Source of the DNA: an uncultured Actinomycetota bacterium
GTDB taxonomy: Bacteria > Actinomycetota > Actinomycetes > JAHEKZ01
Direction: 5' to 3'
Length of the DNA: 64,000 bases
Assembly: GCA_963829525.1 (NCBI GenBank)
Contig: CAWHIJ010000003.1
Span: 2,016,001 to 2,080,000, forward strand
Positions 19,797 through 29,529 of the stretch are shown here, one piece after another. The translations under genes were made by a program, and so were the position numbers. Below the pieces are notes generated by a model that searched no databases, was not told the origin of the DNA, and worked only from the letters and a program-made list of their open reading frames with translations. Numbering within the stretch: the first letter of the stretch is position 1; the number at the start of each line of letters is the position of its first letter.

Positions 19797-20908
19797 GGCG
19801 TGAGAACCGGGTCGGAGCCGGCAACGGCTGGCAGCGGCGACCGAGGGTTGGGGCAGCAGCCGGCGGCACACCTGTCGGGACTTGCTCCCAGCGCACCGAC
19901 CCGAGGCCGTTGCTCGGGGGGTACACCGTCCAGTCGCTCCCTCACCAGCTCACCGACCATCGCCACCATGCGAGGGTCACTACCGGGAGTAGCGACCCGA
20001 ATCATCGGTAGGTCTGCGTCGGCGGCGGTAGCCCTGGCCTGCGTGTCGAGGTCCCAAAGAACCTCCATGTGGTCGGAGACGAAGCCGATAGGCACGACGA
20101 CAGCCGTGGTGCACCCTTCCCCAGCAAGCGCCCGAAGATGGGCGTCGATGTCCGGCTCCAACCACGGGATGTGCGGACCTCCGCTTCGCGACTGGTAGAC
20201 GAGGTCCCAGGGCAGGTCGACACCCGTCTCAGCGCTGACCTGCGATGCGACGTATCCAGCCACCTCTCGGTGCTGCCGGACATACGACCCTCCAGGTGAT
20301 CCAGTCGCCGGGCCACTGCTGTCGGCCATCGACACAGGGATGGAGTGTGTCGTGAAGACCAGGCGCGCGTTCGACCTCTCGGCCTCACTCAAGGCACGCA
20401 CGGCGTCAGCGGTGGCATCGACGAACGGAGCGACAAAGCCGGCGTGGTTGAAGTACGGGCCAAGGCGCTCGATCGTCGGCCCGGTCTCGCCAAGCTCGCT
20501 GAGAGCCGCCGCAAGGTTCTCGCGATACTGCCGACATCCGCTGTACGAGGAGTAGGCGGAGGTGAAGAAGGCAAGTGCTCGCTTCACGCCGTCCGCGCGC
20601 ATCTGCCTGAGTGCGTCGACGAGGTAGGGGTTCCAGTTCCGGTTGCCCCAGTAGACCGGGAGATCGATCCCCTGGTTCGGCAGTTCCGCACGCAGCTTGG
20701 TGAGGAACTCGCGGTTCTGCGCATTGATCGGGCTGACTCCGTCGAAGTGGAAGTAGTGCTGCCCAACCTCCCGCAACCGCTCATCGGGGATTCCCCGGCC
20801 CCGCGTGACGTTCTGCAGGAACGGCACCACCTGGTCTGGCCCTTCGGGCCCACCGAACGACACGAAGAGCAAGGCATCGAACGTGCCCGCCGATGAGTGA
20901 TTGGCCAT
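19793..20908 (-). CDS. hemH: ferrochelatase (coproporphyrin ferrochelatase) with C-terminal Cys-rich [2Fe-2S] motif
   Basis: SFGGPE, GNRNW.P, FTTHSIP, YQSRSG, WLEPD, GFVSDHMEVLWDLD, C-terminal CAAGCC. Confidence 0.95.
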   Translation of the reverse strand: MANHSSAGTFDALLFVSFGGPEGPDQVVPFLQNVTRGRGIPDERLREVGQHYFHFDGVSPINAQNREFLTKLRAELPNQGIDLPVYWGNRNWNPYLVDALRQMRADGVKRALAFFTSAYSSYSGCRQYRENLAAALSELGETGPTIERLGPYFNHAGFVAPFVDATADAVRALSEAERSNARLVFTTHSIPVSMADSSGPATGSPGGSYVRQHREVAGYVASQVSAETGVDLPWDLVYQSRSGGPHIPWLEPDIDAHLRALAGEGCTTAVVVPIGFVSDHMEVLWDLDTQARATAADADLPMIRVATPGSDPRMVAMVGELVRERLDGVPPEQRPRVGALGASPDRCAAGCCPNPRSPLPAVAGSDPVLTP

Positions 20909-21001
20909 GGCATCATCCTGGCAGCAAACGCGGCAAGGCGCCGGACAGCGAGCCACCGCACCAAGCCATGTAAGGGGCGACGCTCCAGATAGCGTTGCGG
21001 A

Positions 21002-22225
21002 ATGGCCAGTCCCTACGTTCAGCTGCTGCGGACACCGCGCGCCTGGCCCTTCTCACTGGCTGGGTTCTTCGCAAGGCTGCCACTGGCCATGGGCGGCTTA
21101 GCCCTCCTCCTGCTCATCGTCGACAGCACCGACTCGTACTTCCTGGCCGGTGCCGTCGATGCCACCTACATTTTGGTCGGGGCGTTCGCCGCGCCAGCGA
21201 TCGCCATGTTGATTGATCGATACGGCCAACGCCGCGTCATCGGACCGCAGATCACCGTTCACGTCTTCGCTGTCACCGTGATCTTGCTTCTGTCAGCGGC
21301 CGATGCCGAGCTTTGGACCTTTTTCATCGCCGCGGCTGTCGCGGGTGCCGCACTGCCGGTCATCGGGTCGGCGGTGCGGGCCAGATGGTCGTACGTATTG
21401 GGCGAATCTCCTCTGCTCAGGAGCGCCTACTCGTGGGAGTCGGTTGTCGACGAGTTCGTCTTCATCGTCGGTCCTCCCCTCGCTGCTGGAGTGGCGGCAA
21501 GTGTCGGAGCGCCGGCCGCTCTGGCGCTGACCGCCGTGATCGGAGCCAGCGGAACTGCGGCCCTCTTGGTGCAGAGCTCGACCGAGCCGGCCCCGCGACC
21601 GGAGACCCGTCTGGGGGGACGCCTGGCGATCACCTACCCGGGAATGCCGGCGATCGTCGTGGTCATGGCGATGCTCGGCGTCGTGTTCGCTGGAGTGGAG
21701 GTCACAGTCATCGCCACCGCCCGAGAGGGTGGCAGCGTCGCCGCAGCCGGTGTCGTCCTGGCCCTCTGGTCGGTCAGCTCGATGCTCTCCGGACTGATCA
21801 TCGGTGGGACGCAACGGCTGCCCGGACTCCCAGTGCAGCTCGTCGCCGGTGCCGCCGCCACCACCCTCCTGCTGGCTCCGCTCTTCTTCGTTCACTCCTT
21901 GGTCGGCATCGGTACCGTGCTCTTCTTCGCCGGTGCCGGTGTCTCCCCAGCGCTCATAGCCGGTTTCGCCCTCGCGGCTCGCCTGGTGCCCGGCTCAGCC
22001 CTGACTCAGGCGCTGACCTGGACCTCGACCGCCATCGGCGTGGGCTTTGCCCTCGGGTCGCCCGCTAGCGGTTGGCTGGTCGACGAAGTGTCGATCAACG
22101 CCGGCTTCTGGGTTGCCATCACGGCAGGTGCTGTAGCTACGTCGGCAGCCCTGGTGGGGATGCCACGCTTGGGGCACCGCTACACCGATCCCGGGGAGAG
22201 CACCGAGTCGACTGGGCGGGTGTGA
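21002..22225 (+). CDS. MFS transporter
   Basis: About 12 TM segments, motif A-like LIDRYGQRRV, ESVVDE..FIVGP. Confidence 0.9.
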   Translation: MASPYVQLLRTPRAWPFSLAGFFARLPLAMGGLALLLLIVDSTDSYFLAGAVDATYILVGAFAAPAIAMLIDRYGQRRVIGPQITVHVFAVTVILLLSAADAELWTFFIAAAVAGAALPVIGSAVRARWSYVLGESPLLRSAYSWESVVDEFVFIVGPPLAAGVAASVGAPAALALTAVIGASGTAALLVQSSTEPAPRPETRLGGRLAITYPGMPAIVVVMAMLGVVFAGVEVTVIATAREGGSVAAAGVVLALWSVSSMLSGLIIGGTQRLPGLPVQLVAGAAATTLLLAPLFFVHSLVGIGTVLFFAGAGVSPALIAGFALAARLVPGSALTQALTWTSTAIGVGFALGSPASGWLVDEVSINAGFWVAITAGAVATSAALVGMPRLGHRYTDPGESTESTGRV

Positions 22226-22238
22226 CATTCTTGCCGCC

Positions 22239-23069
22239 ATGGCAGACCTTCGACTGGTGGGCGTCACCGATGACGGTGCCCGACTGATCCTCCAACGCGA
22301 GGACGGTGGGAAAGAGCATCTGGCGGTAGACGAGCGGCTGCGTTCCCTAGTACGCCGTCCGGCAGCAGAAGCCACGCAAACCCAGCTCGATCTCGAGAGC
22401 CGGCTCAGCCCGCGTGAGATCCAAGCGCGGATCAGGAGTGGCCAGAGCATGGACGAGGTCGCCGCTGAGGCAGGAATTTCGGTCGAACGCGTCGAACGGT
22501 TCGCCGGTCCGATCCTGCACGAGCGAGAGCACATCGCCCAGGAGGCGGCCAAGGTCAGCGTCCGCCGCGACGACCACGGCGCCGTCATGCTGCTGGGAGA
22601 GCTGGTCGGGCAACGTCTTGAGCAGCGCGGGGTTCCCCGGGACGGGATGCACTGGGACGCCTGGCGCCGCAAAGATGGCGGCTGGGAAGTGCGCCTCGAC
22701 TACCTCGCCGGCGGCAAGGAGCGATCGGCGGAGTGGGTCTACGACCCGGCACGACGAACGATGACTGCCGACGACGACGAGGCTCGCTGGTTGCTGGAAG
22801 AAGAGGCTACGGCTGAAGTTACCCCGCTGCGTTCGCTTCGTTCAGTCGAGGAAACTGCGCATGCTGACGCGGAGACCGACGCTGATGAGACTGACCAAGA
22901 GCCAGTAGCCGAGGGTGAGCGGCCCGTGAAGGCGGGGACTCAAGAGGCCATCGACACCCTGCTGCGCGGACGCGAGACGGTTCCCGATGCCCCACCGGCG
23001 AAGCGGAAGAAGAAGGCATCAGTACCGAGTTGGGACGAGATCCTCTTCGGCTCACGCAAGCCGGAATGA
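22239..23069 (+). CDS. sepH: septation protein SepH (DUF3071)
   Basis: LSPREIQARIRSG...VERFAGPIL.ERE, WDAWRR.DG.W, C-terminal VPSWDEILFG. Confidence 0.92.
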   Translation: MADLRLVGVTDDGARLILQREDGGKEHLAVDERLRSLVRRPAAEATQTQLDLESRLSPREIQARIRSGQSMDEVAAEAGISVERVERFAGPILHEREHIAQEAAKVSVRRDDHGAVMLLGELVGQRLEQRGVPRDGMHWDAWRRKDGGWEVRLDYLAGGKERSAEWVYDPARRTMTADDDEARWLLEEEATAEVTPLRSLRSVEETAHADAETDADETDQEPVAEGERPVKAGTQEAIDTLLRGRETVPDAPPAKRKKKASVPSWDEILFGSRKPE

Positions 23070-23115
23070 ACCTGAATAGACCTGAGTAGACCCGGGCCTT
23101 TCGCTCCCACTGCGC

Positions 23116-23709
23116 TCAGCGGCTGGTCGCGTGTGACAACGACTCGGCGAAGGCAACCGCCTGCTCGATGCCCTCGATGCCGTCAGCTGCCACTGAGACG
23201 CGCACCGAGAAGTCGTCGACCGTCGCGCTGCCAGTGAAGCCGTGGTCAGCTTCGCACTCCGGGTCGCCGCAGCTGGCTGGCTCGAGGTCGAGCCGGCTGA
23301 TGGCGCCCCAACCAACCGAGATGACCACCTCGCGGGGCAGTGCACCCGGGTCGTAGCTGGCGGGGTTGTCGACAACGTGGCTGACGACCACCGACGCCAG
23401 CCGGTCGATTCGCACCGCCTCGGTGCTCGTGGCTGCGTGTGGCAGACCGCTTAGCTCGTCGGCCGGGTAGTCGTCGGTGTGGCCAATCACCAGGCGTGTG
23501 GGCGTCAGCAAGACGACAGTGAGGTGGCGGCGCAGCTCGTCACGGTCGAAGGTAGCCTCGTGATGGACGAGGAATGAGACGAGATCTTCGTCAGCCATGG
23601 ACAGCGCCAGGGAATGCAGCACCACGTTGGGGTAGTACCCACACCGCTCAACGGCCGCACGGAGCTCGCTCTGTTGCTGACCCTGAGTGGTCACTGGGAG
23701 ATCTGTCAT
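23116..23709 (-). CDS. DUF5998-like protein
   Basis: GYYP, HHEATFD..E.RRH, WGAISRLDLEPASCGDPECEADHGFTG. Confidence 0.88.
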   Translation of the reverse strand: MTDLPVTTQGQQQSELRAAVERCGYYPNVVLHSLALSMADEDLVSFLVHHEATFDRDELRRHLTVVLLTPTRLVIGHTDDYPADELSGLPHAATSTEAVRIDRLASVVVSHVVDNPASYDPGALPREVVISVGWGAISRLDLEPASCGDPECEADHGFTGSATVDDFSVRVSVAADGIEGIEQAVAFAESLSHATSR

Positions 23710-23750
23710 GTCGTCCATTGTGGCACCGGCCACCGACCGGCCCACCGGGG

Positions 23751-26408
23751 TCAGCCGAGAAGCCGCCTGGCCGGTAGGTCAGTCCGACTCCGCGGGTGGC
23801 GCAAGGTGACGGCCGCACCCAGGACGGCGAGCCCACTCTCAGCAGCCACAACGGGTCGAAGTACCAGGTGAGCGACCTCGGGCACATCGTCGGCAAGACG
23901 AGCTACCCGAGCCACCAGATCGCCAAGCAATGCACGGTCGACGGCATGGCCCGATCGCGTCTGCCGCAGCAGCCCCGCAGCTCGCGGTCGGTCGAGCAGC
24001 TGTTGCACATCGTGAGCTGTCAGCGGCGGGACTGCGTAGGCGTGATCACCCATGACGTCGTAGGCCACCCCACTCAGCCCAAAGGTCACCACCGGTCCGA
24101 AGAGCGGGTCCTCAGTGGTCTCGATGACCACTGACACACCAGGGTCGGCCTGCCGCTGCACCACCAAACGGTCGTAGTCCAGCCGCTTGAGGTCGGCGAG
24201 CCGAGCGGCGAACTGGTGGCGAAGCTCACCCTCGTCAGCAATGTCGAAGAAGACGCCCCCAAGGTCGCTGCGCAGACGGAGGTAGGTGTCCACGGTCTTG
24301 AGGACAACCGGATATCCGAGCTCGCGCGCGGCTTGGGCTGCCTCGTCGGCGTTCCGGGCGGTGCGATGTGGCCACAACGTCACGCCGTAATGAGCGAGAA
24401 GCGTTGTCGCCTCCGCGTCGGTGAGAGTGCGCTCTTCCACGCCGGCAACCAGCCAACCACTCACTTGGGCGCGAGCGCTCTCAACGTCGATGCCAACGGG
24501 AACGACGGGGGTGTCACTGGCGTGCCGGCGCCAAACCTCGTAACGATGGACGGCTGCGAGCGCTCGCACGGCGTCCTCCACCGCCGGATACGTAGGGACT
24601 GACCCGACCTGGTGGCGCCCCGTGGCCAGGTCGTCAAGCAGGCGGTGCGTGCCCTCCACGGCGAACATCACCCCAACGATGGTGGTGTTGGCGCGCGCTG
24701 CCACCCGCAAGATGGCAGCAGCGGCGCCTGCACCGGTTTGGTGCAGACCCGGCACATACATCGTGAGGATTGCGTCGACGGCCGGGTCGTCGGCTGCTGC
24801 AGCAAGCGCACGTTCGAACTCCTCAGAGGTCGAGTGAGGTCCGAAGACTATGGGTGGGTCTACCCACTGCAGTCCGGCGCTTGATACGGCATCGGCAGCC
24901 ATCAAGGTCATGGCATCGGAGTTGCTCATCGCCAGGACACGGTTGCCCTTCGGCAGCGGTTGAGTCACTAGCAACTGCGCCACGTCGTACATCTCCGAGA
25001 CTGTCTCGGTGCGAATCACTCCGGACTGCGTGAACATCTGCTCGAACGCATCGGCCTGCAGCCCAGACGTACGAACCGCGTGCCCCAGCGGAGCCCCCTG
25101 GGTCGAGCGCCCGGTCTTGACGGCCACGATCGGCTTGCGGACGCCGAGTCTCCTGGCTATCCGGCTGAACTTGCGCGGGTTACCGATCGACTCGAGGTAG
25201 AGCATCACCAGTTGGGTGGCCTCGTCGTCCTCCCAGTACTGCAGCAGGTCGTTGCCACTGATGTCAGCGCGGTTGCCAGCGGACACGAACGTCGAGATGC
25301 CGAGGTCACGCTTGCTTGCTGCCTCCAGCAGGGCAGCCCCAGGCGCACCGGACTGAGCAAAGAAGCCGATCGGGCCACGTTGAGGTACATGCGGCGAAAG
25401 TGACGCGTTCAGGTGGACGTCGTCATCGGTGTTGATGAAGCCGAGAGCGTTCGGGCCCAGGACCCGAAGACCGGACGCGCGCGCAGTGCGCATCAGCGCC
25501 TGCTGGGCGGCCCAGCCCTCTTGGCCGCTCTCACCAAAGCCGGACGAGACCACCACCAGGCTCAGCACTCCGGCCGCTGCGGCGTCCTGGACGATGTCGG
25601 CCACTGCCTCGGCCGGGGTCGCCACGATTGCCAGGTCGATCGGCCCCGGAGCCGCCTGAATCGTCGGATAGCACGGCACACCGGCTACCTCGCTACCGGC
25701 GTTCGGATTGACGGCGACGACCCGGCCCGTGAAGCCGCCGTCGACGACGTGCCGAGCGACGGCGTAACCGATCGATTTCGGGTCACGGCTGGCACCCACC
25801 ACGGCGACCGACCTGGGACGAACCAGGCGGGCAACCGAGTTGGCCTCAGCGCGCTGCTCGCGGGCGTGGGTGACCGCCAGCGAGGACACCGTCGGGGTGA
25901 TGTCGAACGACAGGGCGATGAAACCTTCATCACGAGAGGTCTCCGCGGTGTACCCCGCATGCTCGAAGACCTCAAGCATGCGGGCATTCTCTGGCAGGAC
26001 CTCCGCCACAAAGCGACGAATCCCGCGCTCGCGCGCCGCCTGGGCGATATGTTCGAGGAAGATCGTGCCGAGCCCGCGCCCCTGGTGCTCGTCCTCGATC
26101 ACGAAGGCAACCTCAGCCTCGGCGTCGGCAACCCGGTCGTACCGGACGACGCCGATGATCGCGTCACCGATTGTGGCCACGAGAGCGGCCCGATCGCGGT
26201 AGTCGACGTGAGTGAAGCGTTCGACATCTCGATCGGACAGGCGCGGATAAGGAGCAAAGAACCGGTAGTACACCGTGGTCGCCGACAGGCGCGAGTGAAA
26301 TGCGATCAGCCCGGCGGCGTCGTCGGATCGGATCGGCCTCAGGTGACAGGTACCGCCGTCGCGCAGCACGACGTCGGCCTCCCACGCCTCGGGGTAGGTG
26401 ACGGCCAC
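23751..26408 (-). CDS. GNAT / ADP-forming acyl-CoA ligase-like fusion (Pat-type protein lysine acetyltransferase)
   Basis: N-terminal GNAT (YYRFF, HQGRGLG), CoA-binding (VAVVGAS), GPNALG, QSG, SAGNRAD, C-terminal ATP-grasp-like (DPLFGP). Confidence 0.9.
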   Translation of the reverse strand: MAVTYPEAWEADVVLRDGGTCHLRPIRSDDAAGLIAFHSRLSATTVYYRFFAPYPRLSDRDVERFTHVDYRDRAALVATIGDAIIGVVRYDRVADAEAEVAFVIEDEHQGRGLGTIFLEHIAQAARERGIRRFVAEVLPENARMLEVFEHAGYTAETSRDEGFIALSFDITPTVSSLAVTHAREQRAEANSVARLVRPRSVAVVGASRDPKSIGYAVARHVVDGGFTGRVVAVNPNAGSEVAGVPCYPTIQAAPGPIDLAIVATPAEAVADIVQDAAAAGVLSLVVVSSGFGESGQEGWAAQQALMRTARASGLRVLGPNALGFINTDDDVHLNASLSPHVPQRGPIGFFAQSGAPGAALLEAASKRDLGISTFVSAGNRADISGNDLLQYWEDDEATQLVMLYLESIGNPRKFSRIARRLGVRKPIVAVKTGRSTQGAPLGHAVRTSGLQADAFEQMFTQSGVIRTETVSEMYDVAQLLVTQPLPKGNRVLAMSNSDAMTLMAADAVSSAGLQWVDPPIVFGPHSTSEEFERALAAAADDPAVDAILTMYVPGLHQTGAGAAAAILRVAARANTTIVGVMFAVEGTHRLLDDLATGRHQVGSVPTYPAVEDAVRALAAVHRYEVWRRHASDTPVVPVGIDVESARAQVSGWLVAGVEERTLTDAEATTLLAHYGVTLWPHRTARNADEAAQAARELGYPVVLKTVDTYLRLRSDLGGVFFDIADEGELRHQFAARLADLKRLDYDRLVVQRQADPGVSVVIETTEDPLFGPVVTFGLSGVAYDVMGDHAYAVPPLTAHDVQQLLDRPRAAGLLRQTRSGHAVDRALLGDLVARVARLADDVPEVAHLVLRPVVAAESGLAVLGAAVTLRHPRSRTDLPARRLLG

Positions 26409-26422
26409 GCGTCCACGCTACT

Positions 26423-26483
26423 GCCCGCCGCATGTCCCCCTGGGTGTCGCCACAGCCCGCCGGATTTTCCCCTGGGTGTCACC
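26423..26483. repeat. two-copy 29-bp direct repeat, 32-bp period
   Basis: GCCCGCCGCATGTCCCCCTGGGTGTCGCC (26423-26451) vs GCCCGCCGGATTTTCCCCTGGGTGTCACC (26455-26483), 25/29 identical. Confidence 0.8.
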
Positions 26484-26549
26484 GGGGCCTCTGGCTCTGG
26501 CGCTGAGCCACTTCTCGGAGAAGGCTGGAGTCGTCGAAGGAGGTTAGCC

Positions 26550-26993
26550 GTGACCACTACGCTCTCCGCTCCCAACCGCACCCACTCCAACGCCCTCCGT
26601 CGGCTACGCGTACGTCGCGTCGCCGCTGTGTTCAGCGGACTCGTCACCGTGACCTACCTGTGGATGTTCTTCGCCATACGTGCTGCCGAGGCTGGCCTGC
26701 CCGAGAACACGTTCGGCGCCTACCTGCAGCTCACCGTCATCTACACGATTGGCACCGTCCTGCTCCTCACGGTGGAGAGCCACTGGGTTTGGGGTATCGG
26801 CGCGGCGGTTCAGGTCATCGTTCTCGTGCTGTTCGCTACGTTCGGGATCGCGATCTTCGACTACTCCGCCGTTGCTGACCTGCCGCTCACGCTGTGGGCT
26901 GGCGTTCTGACTTCTGCTGAGTTGGCGCTTCTCGGCCTGCTTGGCTACCTGGCAATCACCCCCAAGGCGACTGCCCCGCCCGAGACCGCCTGA
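26550..26993 (+). CDS. hypothetical 4-TM membrane protein
   Basis: AAGGAGG RBS before GTG 26550 and four hydrophobic helices. It is the 3' end of track ORF 25413-26993. Confidence 0.8.
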   Translation: MTTTLSAPNRTHSNALRRLRVRRVAAVFSGLVTVTYLWMFFAIRAAEAGLPENTFGAYLQLTVIYTIGTVLLLTVESHWVWGIGAAVQVIVLVLFATFGIAIFDYSAVADLPLTLWAGVLTSAELALLGLLGYLAITPKATAPPETA

Positions 26994-27087
26994 TTCGGGC
27001 CCAGCCGCGGGTCGCCGCCGCGCCTGGGGGTGGCTCGGGAGAGACTGGGCACGTCCGCCCCCCTGTCGCACTGGAGTCCCGTCCCGC

Positions 27088-29529
27088 ATGGCCCGTCGCA
27101 AGTCAACCCCAGGCCCCTCCGAGCCCGTCCGCGAGACGATCGTCGACGTCGACGTCGCCGAGGAGATGCAGGGCAGCTTCCTTGAGTACGCCTACTCCGT
27201 CATCTACTCGCGTGCCCTTCCCGATGCACGCGACGGTCTCAAGCCCGTGCACCGCCGGATCCTCTTCCAGATGGACGACATGGGGCTGCGACCAGACCGC
27301 GGCCACGTGAAGTCAGCCCGCGTCGTCGGTGAGGTGATGGGAAAGCTGCACCCGCACGGAGACGGCGCCATCTACGACGCCCTGGTGAGGATGGCACAAC
27401 CATTCTCGATGCGGTTGCCACTCGTCGACGGCCATGGCAACTTCGGCAGCCTCGACTCCGGCCCCGCTGCCATGCGGTACACCGAGTGCCGGCTGGATGC
27501 CGCCGCGCTACTGATGACGGGTTCGATCGACGAAGACGTTGTCGACTTCAACCCGAACTACGACGGCCAGCTCAGCGAACCGCAGGTTCTGCCAGCCGCT
27601 TACCCGAACCTGCTGGTCAACGGGGCCACCGGAATCGCTGTCGGGATGGCCACGAACATGGCCCCGCACAACCTCGTTGAGGTCATCTCGGCGGCTCGGC
27701 ACTTGCTGTCGCACCCGAAGTCCGACCTCGACACCATCATGCGCTTCATCCCTGGCCCCGACCTCCCGACCGGCGGAACCATTGTCGGCCTCGAGGGCAT
27801 CCGCGACGCTTACGCGACCGGCAAGGGTTCGTTCCGTGTGCGTGCGACCACCCGCATCGAGAACGTGACCCCGCGCCGCAAGGGCATCGTCGTCACAGAG
27901 TTGCCGATGGGTGTCGGCCCGGAGAAGGTCGTCGAGAAAATCTCCGACCTCGTACGCAACAAGAAGTTGCAGGGCATCGCTGGTCTGGTGGACCTCACCG
28001 ACCACGAGCAGGGACTGCGGCTGGTCGTCGAGGTGAAGAACGGCTTCAACCCCGACGCTGTGCTGGAAGAGCTCTACCGGCTCACTCCGATGGAGGACTC
28101 GTTCGGCATCAACAACGTCGCGCTCGTCGAGGGCCAGCCACGCACGCTCGGGCTCCTGGAGCTGCTGCAGGTCTACCTCGACCACCGGATCGAGATCATC
28201 CGGCGGCGCTGTGAGTTCCGCCGCCGCAAGGCGTCTGCCCGGCTGCACCTGGTCGACGGTCTGCTGATTGCCATCGTCGACATCGACGAGGTCATTGCGG
28301 TGATCCGCAGCTCGGATGACGCAACCCAGGCCAAGGAGCGCCTGATCAGCGTCTTTGATCTCAGCGACTTGCAGGCCACCTACATCCTCGACATGCCCTT
28401 GCGCCGGCTCACCAAGTTCAGCCGGATCGAGCTCGAGACCGAACGGGAAGAGCTGCTCGCGACGATCAACGAGCTCACCGAGATCCTCGACGACGAGAAA
28501 GCGCTCAGGAAACTGGTCTCGGGTGAGCTGGCAGACGTCGCCAAGCAGTTCGGAACCCCGCGTCGCACCGTCCTGCTCGAGTCAGCAGGACAGCCGACGA
28601 GGGCAGCAACGCCACTCGAGGTCACCGACGATCCGTGCCGAGTGCTGCTTTCGGCGACCGGACTCCTCGCCCGAACCGTCGACCCGACTCCCCTCAACCC
28701 GGTCAGCAAGCGCGCCAAGCACGATGTGATCGTCGGCGACGTTGCCACAACAGCGCGCGGTGAAGTTGGGCTGTTGACGTCTACTGGCGAGGTCGTCCGG
28801 CTCTCGGTGCTCGACCTTCCGGCTCTGCCGAACACCGCCACAGGACCAACACTCGCCGGCGGTGCTCCGGTGCGTGAGTTTGTCGACCTCGGCCGCGACG
28901 AGCGAGCCCTGGGTCTGGTGCCACTCGACGGTTCGGCAACCGTGGCGCTCGGCACCCGCGACGGCGTCGTCAAGCGGGTGACCGTCGAGCTGCTCACGAA
29001 CAAGGACCGGTGGGACCTCATCGGCCTCAAGGAGGGTGACGAAGTGGTAGGTACAGCTCCAGCCGCCGACAGCGACGACTTGGTGTTCGTTACCTCAGAC
29101 GGCCAGCTGCTGCGCTTCGGGGCGTCAGCCGTGCGCCCACAAGGGCGGGCGGCCGGTGGCATGGCTGGGGTGCGACTCAGCGTTGGAGCGCAGGTCTCTT
29201 TCTTCGGGGCAGTGCCGCACGGCGTCGCCGCAACGGTGGTCACGGTTTCGGGTAGTTCCGCTGCCCTGCCAGGTACCGAGGCCGGCTCGGTCAAGGTCAC
29301 CGACTACGCCGAGTACCCGGCCAAGGGGCGAGGAACCGGCGGCGTCCGCTGCCATCGCTTCCTCAGGGGCGAGGACACCATCATTCTGGCTTGGGCAGGG
29401 CCAGCCACGCCGATCGCTTGTGCTGGCGCCGGTGTGCCGATAGACCTTCCCCCGGCCGAGGGGCGACGCGACGGCAGCGGCGAACGCGCCCAACAGCCGA
29501 TCGCGGCTGTTGGGTCGAGCCGCGGGTGA
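27088..29529 (+). CDS. parC: type IIA topoisomerase subunit A (actinobacterial topoisomerase IV-type)
   Basis: RALPDARDGLKPVHRR, HPHGD, AAMRYTE (catalytic Tyr), GIAVGMAT, C-terminal pinwheel repeats (RPQGR.AGG). Not in an oriC-type gyrBA operon. Confidence 0.9.
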   Translation: MARRKSTPGPSEPVRETIVDVDVAEEMQGSFLEYAYSVIYSRALPDARDGLKPVHRRILFQMDDMGLRPDRGHVKSARVVGEVMGKLHPHGDGAIYDALVRMAQPFSMRLPLVDGHGNFGSLDSGPAAMRYTECRLDAAALLMTGSIDEDVVDFNPNYDGQLSEPQVLPAAYPNLLVNGATGIAVGMATNMAPHNLVEVISAARHLLSHPKSDLDTIMRFIPGPDLPTGGTIVGLEGIRDAYATGKGSFRVRATTRIENVTPRRKGIVVTELPMGVGPEKVVEKISDLVRNKKLQGIAGLVDLTDHEQGLRLVVEVKNGFNPDAVLEELYRLTPMEDSFGINNVALVEGQPRTLGLLELLQVYLDHRIEIIRRRCEFRRRKASARLHLVDGLLIAIVDIDEVIAVIRSSDDATQAKERLISVFDLSDLQATYILDMPLRRLTKFSRIELETEREELLATINELTEILDDEKALRKLVSGELADVAKQFGTPRRTVLLESAGQPTRAATPLEVTDDPCRVLLSATGLLARTVDPTPLNPVSKRAKHDVIVGDVATTARGEVGLLTSTGEVVRLSVLDLPALPNTATGPTLAGGAPVREFVDLGRDERALGLVPLDGSATVALGTRDGVVKRVTVELLTNKDRWDLIGLKEGDEVVGTAPAADSDDLVFVTSDGQLLRFGASAVRPQGRAAGGMAGVRLSVGAQVSFFGAVPHGVAATVVTVSGSSAALPGTEAGSVKVTDYAEYPAKGRGTGGVRCHRFLRGEDTIILAWAGPATPIACAGAGVPIDLPPAEGRRDGSGERAQQPIAAVGSSRG

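Noticed and set aside
26423-26483. 29-bp repeats as a mini-CRISPR
   Set aside because: Only 3 nt between the copies, two imperfect units and no cas genes.
25413-26549. N-terminal part of the 526-aa track ORF
   Set aside because: Antisense to the acetyltransferase. Only 26550-26993 has an RBS and membrane-protein character.
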